From Candidatus Micrarchaeota archaeon (GTDB lineage: Archaea > Micrarchaeota > Micrarchaeia > Anstonellales > JAHKLY01): a DNA stretch of 64,000 nt. Every line of letters begins with the position of its first letter. The first letter of the stretch is position 1. Shown piece after piece: positions 19,315 through 28,808 of the stretch. The DNA is taken from assembly GCA_020854825.1 (NCBI GenBank), contig JAHKLY010000006.1:16087-80086 (forward strand). Direction: 5' to 3'. The position numbers were made by a program, and so were the translations under genes. The notes beneath the pieces are model-generated. The model worked only from the letters and a program-made list of their open reading frames with translations, was not told the origin of the DNA and did no database searches.

Positions 19315-20349
19315 TTGGGTATTCAATTAAAAGATTTAATGATTAAAAAAGAAATAGATATGAACTACTTAGAAGGCAAAAAAGTTGCTGTTGATGCATA
19401 TAATATTATGTATCAATTTTTATCATCAATAAGACAATATGATGGTACACCTTTAATGGATTCAGATGGAAATATAACTTCGCATTTATCAGGATTATTT
19501 TATAGGAATATAAATTTATTAGAAGCAGGTATAAAACCTATTTTTGTTTTTGATGGTAAACCACCAGAATTTAAAGTAACAACTTTAGATGAAAGAAAAG
19601 AAAGAAAAGTAATTGCAAAAGAAAAAATGGAAAATGCATTAAAACATGGTTCATTTGAAGATGCAAGAAAATATGCACAACAAGTATCAAGATTAACAAA
19701 AGAAATGGTAGAAGAAGGAAAAGAATTATTAGAAGCTATGGGAATACCAGTTATTCAAGCTCCTTCAGAAGGTGAAGCTCAAGCATCATACTTAGCAAAA
19801 GAAAATATTGTTTATGGAGTTGTATCTCAAGATGCAGATTGTTTATTATTTGGAGCGCCAAATTTAATTAGAAATTTATCAGTAACCGGAAAAAGAAAAA
19901 TACCTGGAAAAAATATTTATGTCCCAATTTCACCAGAAATAATTGAATTAAAACAAATGTTAAAAGAATTAGAAATAACTAGAGAACAATTAATTTTAAT
20001 GGGAATTTTAATTGGAACTGATTTTAACAATGGAATAAAAGGAGTAGGACCAAAAACCGCTTTAAAAATTGTTAAAGATTATACAGATTTAGATAAAATA
20101 GTTAAATTAGTTGAAGAGAAATATGATTATGTTTTTGAAGAAGATCCATATAAAATTTATGATTTTTTTATTAATCCTCCTTTGACAAAAGAATATGAAA
20201 TAAAATTTAAATCCCCAAATAAAGAAAAATTAATTGAAATTTTAAATGAAAAACATGATTTTGAAGAAGATAGAATAGAAAACGCATTAGCAAAATTATC
20301 TAAAAACATTGAAACAAAAGCTAAACAAAAAGGGTTATTTGAATTTTAA
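19315..20349 (+). CDS. fen: Flap endonuclease 1
   Basis: DAYN..YQFLSSIRQ.DG, APSEGEAQ, SQDAD, GTDFN, PIP box QKGLFEF; TTG start after GGTGA. Confidence 0.97.
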   Translation: MGIQLKDLMIKKEIDMNYLEGKKVAVDAYNIMYQFLSSIRQYDGTPLMDSDGNITSHLSGLFYRNINLLEAGIKPIFVFDGKPPEFKVTTLDERKERKVIAKEKMENALKHGSFEDARKYAQQVSRLTKEMVEEGKELLEAMGIPVIQAPSEGEAQASYLAKENIVYGVVSQDADCLLFGAPNLIRNLSVTGKRKIPGKNIYVPISPEIIELKQMLKELEITREQLILMGILIGTDFNNGIKGVGPKTALKIVKDYTDLDKIVKLVEEKYDYVFEEDPYKIYDFFINPPLTKEYEIKFKSPNKEKLIEILNEKHDFEEDRIENALAKLSKNIETKAKQKGLFEF

Positions 20350-20549
20350 TGAACTTCATGTGAAGCTTCGTTTTTCATACTTCCAACTATTGATTCCTAT
20401 CCTCTTTCAGAAGAAGTTAAGTTAATTCCAGTCATTTCTCTAGCAGAATTTAATGTATTATCTGCAATAAGACCATCGCTTTACATTTATTTAATAAAAC
20501 TCTTTTACATAATTTATACCATTTAACAATTCCAATATTTAAAATTATT

Positions 20550-20624
20550 TTAGCGTGTTAAAAAGTAGATACCAAGAATTATTATGCCAATAAGTATAAT
20601 CCCAACTAGTATTTTATCAAACAT
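20550..20624 (-). CDS. Candidate 24-aa single-TM small protein or truncated gene
   Basis: MFDKILVGIILIGIIILGIYFLTR; TTTATAAA box about 25 nt upstream. Confidence 0.35.
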   Translation of the reverse strand: MFDKILVGIILIGIIILGIYFLTR

Positions 20625-20703
20625 ATACTAATTTTTAGAACTTAAAATTTATAAATCTAATTAAACTATATACATAGTTTTTTAAAGGTAAAACAGTTAA
20701 AAT

Positions 20704-20988
20704 ATGTATATGACAACTATATTTAAAGGTGCATCAAGAGAAAGCAGGATGATAGTATTAGAAAGTTGGGCACAGTTTGGAAAAAAATCTGAAGCAATAT
20801 CTGCGTTAAAAGAATTAGAAAAATTACAAGTAGATGATTCTGTATTTAAAAGACTTCAACAAAAAGCGAAACTAAAAGAAGTAAGAGAATTTGCAGGGGA
20901 TATATTATTCAAAAGATTAAAAAATAACATTAGAAACAGAGTAGGTGTAGATTTAATAAAAGCAAAAGATTTAATTGAAAAAAAATAA
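20704..20988 (+). CDS. Hypothetical helical protein
   Basis: 94-aa ORF with coding-like purine bias, TTTTTAAA box upstream. Confidence 0.6.
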   Translation: MYMTTIFKGASRESRMIVLESWAQFGKKSEAISALKELEKLQVDDSVFKRLQQKAKLKEVREFAGDILFKRLKNNIRNRVGVDLIKAKDLIEKK

Positions 20989-21071
20989 GCAAACCCTTAA
21001 AAAGATTATTTAATGAAAACATAATACTTATTTAATATATTTAAATATTTATAACTCGGAGTGTGAGAACT

Positions 21072-21248
21072 ATGGCAGCAATTGAAAAAGGCAGAGTATG
21101 CGTTAAAAAAAGAGGGCGCGATGCAGGCGAAGAATGTGTTATTACTAAAGTTATTGATGACAATTACGTTGAAATAGAAAATAAATCAAGAAAAAAAGCA
21201 AGAAAATGCGCCATAAAACATTTAGAGCCTTTACCACGAAAAGCTTAA
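21072..21248 (+). CDS. rpl14e: 50S ribosomal protein eL14
   Basis: GRVCVKKRGRDAG...VIDDNYV...HLEP. Confidence 0.93.
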   Translation: MAAIEKGRVCVKKRGRDAGEECVITKVIDDNYVEIENKSRKKARKCAIKHLEPLPRKA

Positions 21249-21293
21249 TTTCATAAGCAATTCCTTATATTCTTTTTCTTTATACTCTTATAT

Positions 21294-22193
21294 ATGTCTA
21301 AAATTAAAGAACTAATAAATAATGGCATTATCATAATAGATAAACCTAAACAAATTTCATCACATGATACTTCTGAAAAAGTTAAAAACATACTTGCAGG
21401 ACTAGGTGCTGAAAAAGCAGGACATTCAGGAACATTAGATCCTTGTGTCACAGGAGTTTTAGTAATTGCATTAAATAATGCAACCCCTTTGTTAAATTAT
21501 TTAATTAAAAAAGATAAAGTTTATGAAGGATATTTACGTTTTTCTGAAAATATTTCAAAGAAAAAGGCACAAGAAATTTTCAATAACTTTTTAGGTGAGA
21601 TAGAACAAATGCCCCCTAGAAAATGTGCTGTAAAAAGACAAACAAGAAAAAAATATATTTATTCATTTAAAGCTGTTAAAAAAATAAAAACAGAAACTGA
21701 TAAAGCAGATATTTATTTTAAAATAAAATGTGAAGCAGGAACATATATCAGATCAATTGCTAGAGATATTTCAGATAAACATTCTACATGCAGATTAATG
21801 ACATTAAGAAGAACAGCTGTTGGAAATATAAAAGAAAACAAAGCATTTACATTAGATGAATTAAAAGAAGCATATTTTGATGAATATAAGAAAAAAGGAA
21901 ATGAAAAACCTTTGCGCAAAATAATTAAACCTGTTGAGTATTATGTAAAAAAAGAAATGCCAATAATTATTGTTGATAAAAATGCAGTTACTCCTTTAAT
22001 GACTGGACATGTTTTGTACATTCCAGGAATAATAAAAATAGAAGGCGCATTCAAAAAAGGAGAAGCAGTAGCGCTTTTCACTGAAAACAATAAACTAATT
22101 GAGATTGCTGAAGCGCTTGAAGATTCTGAAACAATTAAAAAACTAAAAAAAGGAATAGCAACAAAACCCATTAGAGTAATTATGAAAAAATAA
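21294..22193 (+). CDS. cbf5: Cbf5/TruB-family pseudouridine synthase with PUA domain
   Basis: IIDKP, GHSGTLDP (catalytic Asp), CEAGTYIR, LRRT; follows eL14. Confidence 0.93.
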   Translation: MSKIKELINNGIIIIDKPKQISSHDTSEKVKNILAGLGAEKAGHSGTLDPCVTGVLVIALNNATPLLNYLIKKDKVYEGYLRFSENISKKKAQEIFNNFLGEIEQMPPRKCAVKRQTRKKYIYSFKAVKKIKTETDKADIYFKIKCEAGTYIRSIARDISDKHSTCRLMTLRRTAVGNIKENKAFTLDELKEAYFDEYKKKGNEKPLRKIIKPVEYYVKKEMPIIIVDKNAVTPLMTGHVLYIPGIIKIEGAFKKGEAVALFTENNKLIEIAEALEDSETIKKLKKGIATKPIRVIMKK

Positions 22194-22196
22194 AAG

Positions 22197-22347
22197 TTAA
22201 ACAAACTCCCAAATTTTATCTTTATCATTGTCCCAAAGTTCTCGCATCTTTTGTTTTTGAATACTAAATACAAAATATCGTAAATTTACATCTTCTTGAT
22301 TATCTCTATTTATATTATTCACCCTAAAAGTTAGTTTTTTCTTTCAT
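22197..22347 (-). pseudogene. Antitoxin-like small ORF (possibly frameshifted)
   Basis: 22322-22197 encodes VNNINRDNQEDVNLRYFVFSIQKQKMRELWDNDKDKIWEFV; ATG at 22347 is one base out of frame across an A6 run. Confidence 0.5.
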
Positions 22348-22452
22348 TTTTTACCTTCGGTAAAAATCTGTCCAAAATTTTTAATTTTGAACATCTTTTT
22401 CTTTTTGGTTGAGCTTTTTATTTTTCTTTTTTAAAGAAAAAGAAAAAGGTCA

Positions 22453-22761
22453 TTAGCCAAAGAGAGATCCAAAACCAGATTGTGCTGCGCTTTCAGCTTC
22501 TTCTACTTTCTTTATAATCTCTTGCGCTTTATCTTCTTTAGCTTCTTCGCAAACATCTTTTAATTTTTCAAGAATAAATTTTTCTTCTTTATCATCAAAA
22601 TAATTAATTAACACAACTGTCTTTTTTTCCAAATCAAATTCTGAACCATCTTTGAGAGTAAATCCTAATTTAGAAAAATTAATTACTCCATATGGATCAT
22701 CTTCTAAAATTGCCTTAAGCTCCGCTTTCTTTGCATTATCGCATATCAAAACTTTTTTCAT
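22453..22761 (-). CDS. Hypothetical protein with P-stalk-like C-terminus
   Basis: 102 aa, ATG after AGGTGG; ends EEAESAAQSGFGSLFG. Confidence 0.8.
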   Translation of the reverse strand: MKKVLICDNAKKAELKAILEDDPYGVINFSKLGFTLKDGSEFDLEKKTVVLINYFDDKEEKFILEKLKDVCEEAKEDKAQEIIKKVEEAESAAQSGFGSLFG

Positions 22762-22778
22762 TGAAACCACCTAGCAGG

Positions 22779-23027
22779 TTATTCTTTTGCTCCGCCGATC
22801 GCAATCAAAAATCCAATTACTATTATTATAAATGGCCCTGCAATCTCAAATCCAGTTATATTAAAATAACCCATTGAGCTAAAAAGCCATATTAAACCAA
22901 CGGCGATTGTAAAGAATCCGCCCAAAATTACATCTTTTTTAAGCAATTCATTTCCTTTAAAATAATTCCTTTGGGGAACTACTTTCTTTGTTGTTTTTGT
23001 TGTTTTTCTTTTTTTTCTTGTTACCAT
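22779..23027 (-). CDS. Small two-TM membrane protein with basic N-terminus
   Basis: MVTRKKRKTTK then two hydrophobic helices. Confidence 0.7.
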   Translation of the reverse strand: MVTRKKRKTTKTTKKVVPQRNYFKGNELLKKDVILGGFFTIAVGLIWLFSSMGYFNITGFEIAGPFIIIVIGFLIAIGGAKE

Positions 23028-23140
23028 AAAAAATCTTTTTTGATTAATATTTAAATACCTTTGCCTACATTTTAAATACACCAAACAAAAAATAGTTTGC
23101 ATAACAGAAAGATATTTAAATGGTTGGGTATATATATTTT

Positions 23141-23269
23141 GCACTTCTCCTTGTTTTAAAGACAGGGAGTGACACTCAACTCTGAGTATTACTTCTGAAA
23201 AAAGAAGTTTTAAAGCAGTTGAATCATTTCCAAAAATTGAAATTATTCAATTCTTTAGAGGGTTTATTG
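23141..23269 (+). promoter_or_regulatory. Structured 5' leader of the uL3 superoperon
   Basis: BRE/TATA at ~23107-23121; hairpins at 23147-23169, 23174-23187, 23191-23208 and 23235-23252. Confidence 0.55.
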
Positions 23270-24238
23270 ATGGCTAAACATAACAGACCAAGAAGGGGAT
23301 CTATGGCCTTCAGGCCAAGAAAACGTTCAGAAACACAAATGCCTAGTGTTGGTGCTTGGCCAAAAGTAGAAGACTCACGATTATTGGGTTTTGCAGGATA
23401 TAAAGCAGGTATGACCCACATCCTATATGTTGACGATACTAAATCACATAAAAAAGGTAAAGAAGTTTTTACCCCTGTGACAATTATTGAAACTCCTCCA
23501 ATAACTGTTTTTGGAATAAGATTTTATAAAAATAAAAATGTTGTTTTAGATTTTTTAACTGAAAATGAAAATGTTTTGAAAAACTTGAAATTTAATAAGT
23601 TATTAAAAGAAAAGAAAAAACAAGAGCTTCCTTCTGAATTTGATGATATATCAGTTTTAGTATTTGTAGATCCTAAATCTGTTATTTCCATAGGAAAAAA
23701 GAAAATTGAAAAAATGGAAATCGGATTAGGTGGAAAAGATAAAGAAAGCAAATTAGAATATGCTAAATCTATTTTAGGAAAACAATTAAAAGCAAATGAA
23801 ATATTTAAAGACGGAGAGATTATTGATATTGTTGCAATAACAAAAGGTAAAGGATGGCAAGGAGTAGTAAAAAGATTTGGGGTAAACCTAAGAAATAGAA
23901 AACAAACTGCAAAAAGAAGACATGGTGGTCCATTAGGTACTATGGGTATGGGTTTTGTTGCATACACAATACCAAGAGCAGGACAAGTAGGATATCATAA
24001 AAGAACTGAAATAAATAAAAGAATAATGAAAATAGGAAAACAGGAAGAAATTGATAAAATAATACCAAAAGGAGGTTTTGTTAACTATGGTATTATTAAT
24101 AATGATTTTATTATACTAAAAGGTTCAACAGCAGGACCTAAAAAAAGGTTAATTAGATTTAGAAAATCTATGAGAAAAAGAGATGCGCCTATGATTGCAC
24201 CAAATATCTCATATATTTCTCAAAGATCACAACAATAG
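23270..24238 (+). CDS. rpl3: 50S ribosomal protein uL3
   Basis: PRRGSMAFRPRKR, GYKAGMTH, TKGKGWQGVVKR. Confidence 0.97.
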   Translation: MAKHNRPRRGSMAFRPRKRSETQMPSVGAWPKVEDSRLLGFAGYKAGMTHILYVDDTKSHKKGKEVFTPVTIIETPPITVFGIRFYKNKNVVLDFLTENENVLKNLKFNKLLKEKKKQELPSEFDDISVLVFVDPKSVISIGKKKIEKMEIGLGGKDKESKLEYAKSILGKQLKANEIFKDGEIIDIVAITKGKGWQGVVKRFGVNLRNRKQTAKRRHGGPLGTMGMGFVAYTIPRAGQVGYHKRTEINKRIMKIGKQEEIDKIIPKGGFVNYGIINNDFIILKGSTAGPKKRLIRFRKSMRKRDAPMIAPNISYISQRSQQ

Positions 24239-24248
24239 GTGGAATTAA

Positions 24249-25016
24249 ATGAAAGCAGATGTATTTGGAATTGACGGTAAAAAAACAAAACAAGTAGAAT
24301 TACCTAAAGTTTTCAAAGAAAAAATTAGAGAAGACTTAATAAAACGAGCGGTTCTATCTGATCAATCTAAAAAATATCAACCAAAAGGAAATTACATTTG
24401 GGCAGGATTAGAAACATCTGCAAGATACAGAGGTAGAAAAGAAGCATATGGTTCATTAAAAAATAAAGGGCAAGCTATGCTTCCAAGAGAAATAAGACCT
24501 AAAGGAAGATGGGGAGATGTTAAGGTAGTTCCATTTTCAAAAGGTGGAAGAAGGGCACATCCCCCAAAAGTTGAAAAAGTGATAATAGAAAAAATAAATA
24601 AAAAAGAATATGAAAAAGCATTAAAAAGTGCAATAGCAGCAACAGCAAATTTAGAAATTGTACAAAAAAGAGGACACAAAACAGAAATTGTTCCTATTAT
24701 ATTAGAAGATACATTTAATAAAATAAATAAAACAAAAGAAATTAATAAAATTTTATCTACTCTATTTAGAGAAGACTTAAAAAGAGGAAAAGAAACAAAA
24801 AAGAGGACAACAAGAAAAGCAGGAAAGAGAACTCCTAAAACTGCTTTAATAGTAGTAACAGAAAATTCAGATCTTTTAAAATCATCAAAAAATATTTCTG
24901 GACTTGATGTAGTCTTAACAAAAGATTTAACAGTTGAATTATTAGCACCTGGTGCAAGTGCTGGACGATTAACTTGTTATACTGAAAGTGCATTAAAAGA
25001 ATTAGAAAAAATGTGA
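24249..25016 (+). CDS. rpl4: 50S ribosomal protein uL4
   Basis: GGRRAHPPK, LAPG..AGRLT. Confidence 0.96.
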   Translation: MKADVFGIDGKKTKQVELPKVFKEKIREDLIKRAVLSDQSKKYQPKGNYIWAGLETSARYRGRKEAYGSLKNKGQAMLPREIRPKGRWGDVKVVPFSKGGRRAHPPKVEKVIIEKINKKEYEKALKSAIAATANLEIVQKRGHKTEIVPIILEDTFNKINKTKEINKILSTLFREDLKRGKETKKRTTRKAGKRTPKTALIVVTENSDLLKSSKNISGLDVVLTKDLTVELLAPGASAGRLTCYTESALKELEKM

Positions 25017-25021
25017 TATTT

Positions 25022-25273
25022 ATGGAATCATTAAAATATTTAATTTCAACAGAAAAAGCCGTCGGATTAATGGAAATACAAAATACATTGATATTTGTAG
25101 TTAAAAAAGATGCAACAAAAAAACAAATAAAAAAAGATATTGAAGAAACATATGGAGTTAAAATAGATAAAATAAATATATTAAATTCAATAAAGGGAGA
25201 GAAAAAGGCATTTGTAAAATTAAATGAACAATTCAGAGCAGATGATATTGCTGCAAAATTAAAAATGATTTAA
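25022..25273 (+). CDS. rpl23: 50S ribosomal protein uL23
   Basis: TEKA..., KKAFVKL; operon position. Confidence 0.95.
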   Translation: MESLKYLISTEKAVGLMEIQNTLIFVVKKDATKKQIKKDIEETYGVKIDKINILNSIKGEKKAFVKLNEQFRADDIAAKLKMI

Positions 25274-25286
25274 CTTTGGTGAAACT

Positions 25287-26015
25287 ATGGGTAAAAGATT
25301 AACACAACAAAAAAGAGGAAAAGGAAGCCCAGCTTACAAAACTCCTAATCATAGATTTAAAGCAAGAACTGGATTTAGAAATTATGATATTCTTGAAAGA
25401 GAATCTTCTATAAAAGGAGAAATAATTGGATTCTTAGATGATCCCGGCCATCAATCTTTATTAATGGAAATCTTATTTGAAAATGGAGATATTTCAGTAT
25501 TACCTGCAACAGAAGGATTAAAAATTGGAGATCATATTGACTGTGGAATAACTGCAAAACCAAAACCAGGTAATATATTGCCTATTGGAAAAATACCAGA
25601 AGGAAGTTATGTTTATAATTTAGAATTAAGAATGGGAGATAAGGGAAAGTTTGTAAGATCTCCTGGATCATATGCAGTTTTAGTTGCAAAAGAAGGAGAA
25701 AATATTATAATTAAATTACCAAGTAAAAGAATGATAAAACTTTCCTCAGATTGTAGAGCTCAAATTGGAGTTATAGCAGGAGGGGGAAGATTAGAAAAAC
25801 CTATGATAACCGCAGGACATGGACACTTTAAGTCAAAAGCAAGAAACACAAGGTGGCCAAAAGTTAGAGGAGTAGCAATGAATGCAGTAGCACATCCCCA
25901 TGGTGGTAAACAACACCATGCAGGTACATCAACATCAGTTTCAAGACATGCATCACCTGGACAAAAGGTTGGACATATTGCATCAAGAAGAACAGGAAGA
26001 AAGAAAAAAGGTTAA
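25287..26015 (+). CDS. rpl2: 50S ribosomal protein uL2
   Basis: MGKRL..Q.RGKG, VRGVAMN...HPHGG, KVGHIA.RRTG. Confidence 0.97.
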   Translation: MGKRLTQQKRGKGSPAYKTPNHRFKARTGFRNYDILERESSIKGEIIGFLDDPGHQSLLMEILFENGDISVLPATEGLKIGDHIDCGITAKPKPGNILPIGKIPEGSYVYNLELRMGDKGKFVRSPGSYAVLVAKEGENIIIKLPSKRMIKLSSDCRAQIGVIAGGGRLEKPMITAGHGHFKSKARNTRWPKVRGVAMNAVAHPHGGKQHHAGTSTSVSRHASPGQKVGHIASRRTGRKKKG

Positions 26016-26027
26016 ATGGTGATATGA

Positions 26028-26432
26028 TTGGCAAAAATAATAACATTTAAGGGTAAAACAGAGGAAGAATTACAAAACATGAGTATTGATGAATTCTCAA
26101 ATTTACTTACATCAAGAGATAGAAGAACAATAAAAAGAATGAATTCAAAATTCTTAAAATATAAAGAATTAATTAAAAAAGTTAAAGAATATAAAAAACA
26201 AGGAAAAGATAAAAAAGTAATAAAAACTCACATTCGTTCAGCAGTTATTTTACCTGAATGGTTAGGATTAACCTTTGGAATACATAATGGTAAAGAATTC
26301 AAAAAAGTTGAAATTACAATTGATAAATTAGGACATAGATTAGGGGATTTTGCTCATACAACTGGGAAAGTCGCACACTCTGGACCTGGAGTCGGAGCTA
26401 CAAGAGGTTCTAAATTCGTACCACTCAAATAA
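26028..26432 (+). CDS. rps19: 30S ribosomal protein uS19
   Basis: KTHIR, HNGKEF, GHRLGDF, GATRGSKFVPLK. Confidence 0.96.
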   Translation: MAKIITFKGKTEEELQNMSIDEFSNLLTSRDRRTIKRMNSKFLKYKELIKKVKEYKKQGKDKKVIKTHIRSAVILPEWLGLTFGIHNGKEFKKVEITIDKLGHRLGDFAHTTGKVAHSGPGVGATRGSKFVPLK

Positions 26433-26441
26433 GTGATAAAT

Positions 26442-26879
26442 ATGAAAAAATATATGACAAACGGAACAGAAAAAAGCGCTAAGGCAAGAATTGAAGGCGT
26501 TAATGCATCGTACAAACAGCTTTCAGCAGTTTGTGATAATGTAAAAGGAATGGAAATAGAAGATGCATTAAATTTCTTAGAATCTGCAGCCATTGGACAA
26601 CAAGTAGTAAGATTTAGAAAACATAATAAAAGGATGGCACACAGAAAAGAACTAGGAGGTCAAAAAGGAAGATGGCCTAAAAAAGCATCAAAAATTGTAT
26701 TACAAGTATTAAAAAATGCAAAGGCAAACGCAGACACAAAAGGATTATTAAATCCATTTGTTTCACATATTGCCGCAAACAAACAAAAAAAATATCCAAG
26801 AGTTGCACCAAGAGGAAAAACTATGATGGCAAATTATGAAACTTCATTTGTTGAAGTTATTTTAGAAGAAAAAGTATGA
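26442..26879 (+). CDS. rpl22: 50S ribosomal protein uL22
   Basis: GRWPKKAS..L.NA..NA; operon position. Confidence 0.94.
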   Translation: MKKYMTNGTEKSAKARIEGVNASYKQLSAVCDNVKGMEIEDALNFLESAAIGQQVVRFRKHNKRMAHRKELGGQKGRWPKKASKIVLQVLKNAKANADTKGLLNPFVSHIAANKQKKYPRVAPRGKTMMANYETSFVEVILEEKV

Positions 26880-26888
26880 GGTTATTAA

Positions 26889-27620
26889 ATGACTATAGAA
26901 AGAAAATTTATTCAAGATTCAATTGCAAAATATAAAGTTTCTAAATTCTTAGAAAAAGAATTAGATAAATCTGGATTTTCTGGAGTAAATATACAAAGAA
27001 CTCCAATAGTTACAAGAATTGAAGTTGAAGTAACAAGACCAGGTAAAGTTATTGGAAAGAAAGGTAAGAATATTAGTAAAATAACAGAAACAATAAAGGA
27101 AGAATTTGGAATGGATAATCCTCAAATTGCAGTTATTGAAACTCCATATCCAATTTTGAATCCAATATTAGTTGCAAAAAGAGCATGTAGATATATTGAG
27201 ATGGGTAAAAAAGTCAAACCTATATTAAATGGTTTATTAAAAGAAATTATGAGTTCAGGTGCAATGGGTGCAGAAATAGTTGCATCTGGAAAATTAGCAG
27301 GAAAGGGAGGAAGAGCAAGATCCTTTAGAGTTCTTGCAGGTTATATTCCAAAATCAGGAGAACCAACAAGATTAGTAAGAAAAGCTCACTATGCTGCTTA
27401 TCCCAAAGCAGGAGCAATTGGTATTTATGTTAGAATTGTTCCACCTGGAACAAAATTCCCAGATAAAGAAATTGGACAAAAAATTGAAATTCCAAAAATA
27501 ATTTCAAAAGCCGAAGAAATAGAACAAGTTAAAAAAAGAGGGGATGAAGAAACAGATGAAACTAAAAAAAGAAGTGCCCCTCCAAGAAGAAAAGCACCTA
27601 TAAAACGAGGTAGAAAATAA
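26889..27620 (+). CDS. rps3: 30S ribosomal protein uS3
   Basis: RPGKVIGKKG KH motif, GAMGAEI..SGKL. Confidence 0.96.
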   Translation: MTIERKFIQDSIAKYKVSKFLEKELDKSGFSGVNIQRTPIVTRIEVEVTRPGKVIGKKGKNISKITETIKEEFGMDNPQIAVIETPYPILNPILVAKRACRYIEMGKKVKPILNGLLKEIMSSGAMGAEIVASGKLAGKGGRARSFRVLAGYIPKSGEPTRLVRKAHYAAYPKAGAIGIYVRIVPPGTKFPDKEIGQKIEIPKIISKAEEIEQVKKRGDEETDETKKRSAPPRRKAPIKRGRK

Positions 27621-27910
27621 TGGCTATAAAAGCAAATGAATTAAGACTCTTGGATGAATTATCCTTACAAAAAAAACTAGTAGACTTAGAAAAAGAACTA
27701 ATGATCGAAACCACACAAGTAAAAGCAGGAGGTAGGGCACCCAATCCAGGTAAAATCAAAACAATAAAAAAAGCAATTGCTGTTGTTAGAACAATTATTC
27801 ATGAAAGAAAATTAAATATTAAACGTGAAGTTAAAAAAACAGTCGTAAAACCAAAAGAAGAAACTGTTAAAAAAGAAACAAAAAATGAGGTGGAAAAAAA
27901 GGATGCCTGA
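27620..27910 (+). CDS. rpl29: 50S ribosomal protein uL29
   Basis: ELR..., NPGKIK.IKKAIA; Lys/Glu-rich tail. Confidence 0.93.
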   Translation: MAIKANELRLLDELSLQKKLVDLEKELMIETTQVKAGGRAPNPGKIKTIKKAIAVVRTIIHERKLNIKREVKKTVVKPKEETVKKETKNEVEKKDA

Positions 27911-28217
27911 GATATGTGCAAAATGTGGATTACCTAAAGATATTTGCGTTTGCGATATCTTGGAAAAAGAGGAAACACAACAACTAAAAGTTTATACAAC
28001 TAAAAAAAGATTCAATAAGTTTGTAACTGTTGTTGAAGGGATTGACAAAGATAAGTTAAATAAAACAGTAAAACACTTAAAACAAGATCTTGCTTGTGGA
28101 GGCACAGCAAAAGATGGAATTATTGTTTTACAAGGAGATCACAAAAACAAAGTGAAAAAACTTTTAGTAGAAATGGGATATCCAGAAGAAATAATTTCTG
28201 TTGAAGAAAGGAGATAA
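27903..28217 (+). CDS. Translation initiation factor SUI1 (aIF1)
   Basis: CAKCGLPKDICVC, LACGGTAK, LQGDH. Confidence 0.95.
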   Translation: MPEICAKCGLPKDICVCDILEKEETQQLKVYTTKKRFNKFVTVVEGIDKDKLNKTVKHLKQDLACGGTAKDGIIVLQGDHKNKVKKLLVEMGYPEEIISVEERR

Positions 28218-28221
28218 TCCC

Positions 28222-28491
28222 ATGATAACAAAAAATAATATTCAAATGCATGAATTAATTGGTTTGGAAGTGGAAATTATTGAAAGTGTTTCCGCCCCAT
28301 ATAAAGGAATCAAAGGAAAGGTTATCAATGAACAAAAGAATGTATTGATAATTGAAGACAATATAAAAGAAAAAATAATCCCAAAAAAAGGGAATGTTTT
28401 CCAATTTAAAGTTGGAAAAGAAAGTATTAAAGTCAAAGGAGATGAAATTTGTTATGCTCCTGAGGACAGATTAAAAAAGGTGAAAAAATGA
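28222..28491 (+). CDS. rnp1: Ribonuclease P protein Rpp29
   Basis: HELIGLEVEI, GKVINE, IPK, PEDRLK. Confidence 0.93.
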   Translation: MITKNNIQMHELIGLEVEIIESVSAPYKGIKGKVINEQKNVLIIEDNIKEKIIPKKGNVFQFKVGKESIKVKGDEICYAPEDRLKKVKK

Positions 28492-28805
28492 CAACAAAAA
28501 AGAAAGAAAATGTTGAATGTAATGATAAACACTGTTTTATACATGGGGACATAAAAGTTAGAGGAGGCACTTTAACTGGAGAAGTTATCAGCAATAAAGC
28601 AGATAAAACAGCAGTAATACAAAGACATACAGCAAAAAAAATAACAAAATATAAAAGATATGCTAGAACACATTCAAAAATTCACGCTCATAACCCCTTA
28701 TGCATAAATGCAAAAGTAGGGGATAAAGTAAAAATCGCAGAATGCAGAAAGATTAGTAAAACAAAAGCATGGACAATAATTGAAATATTAAAAACAGGTG
28801 AATAA
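28488..28805 (+). CDS. rps17: 30S ribosomal protein uS17
   Basis: CNDKHCFIHG, KY.RY, HAHNP, ECRKISKTK. Confidence 0.96.
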   Translation: MTTKKKENVECNDKHCFIHGDIKVRGGTLTGEVISNKADKTAVIQRHTAKKITKYKRYARTHSKIHAHNPLCINAKVGDKVKIAECRKISKTKAWTIIEILKTGE

Positions 28806-28808
28806 AAT

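Noticed and set aside
18019-20371. 15-bp identity CATGTGAAGCTTCGT in the S2P gene and downstream of fen1
   Set aside because: A single 15-mer match in 64 kb of biased sequence is plausible by chance, and there is no flanking similarity
22420-22450. T/A-rich inverted repeat downstream of the 22453 gene as a mobile-element end
   Set aside because: Low complexity, better explained as a terminator-like tract, and no partner end was found
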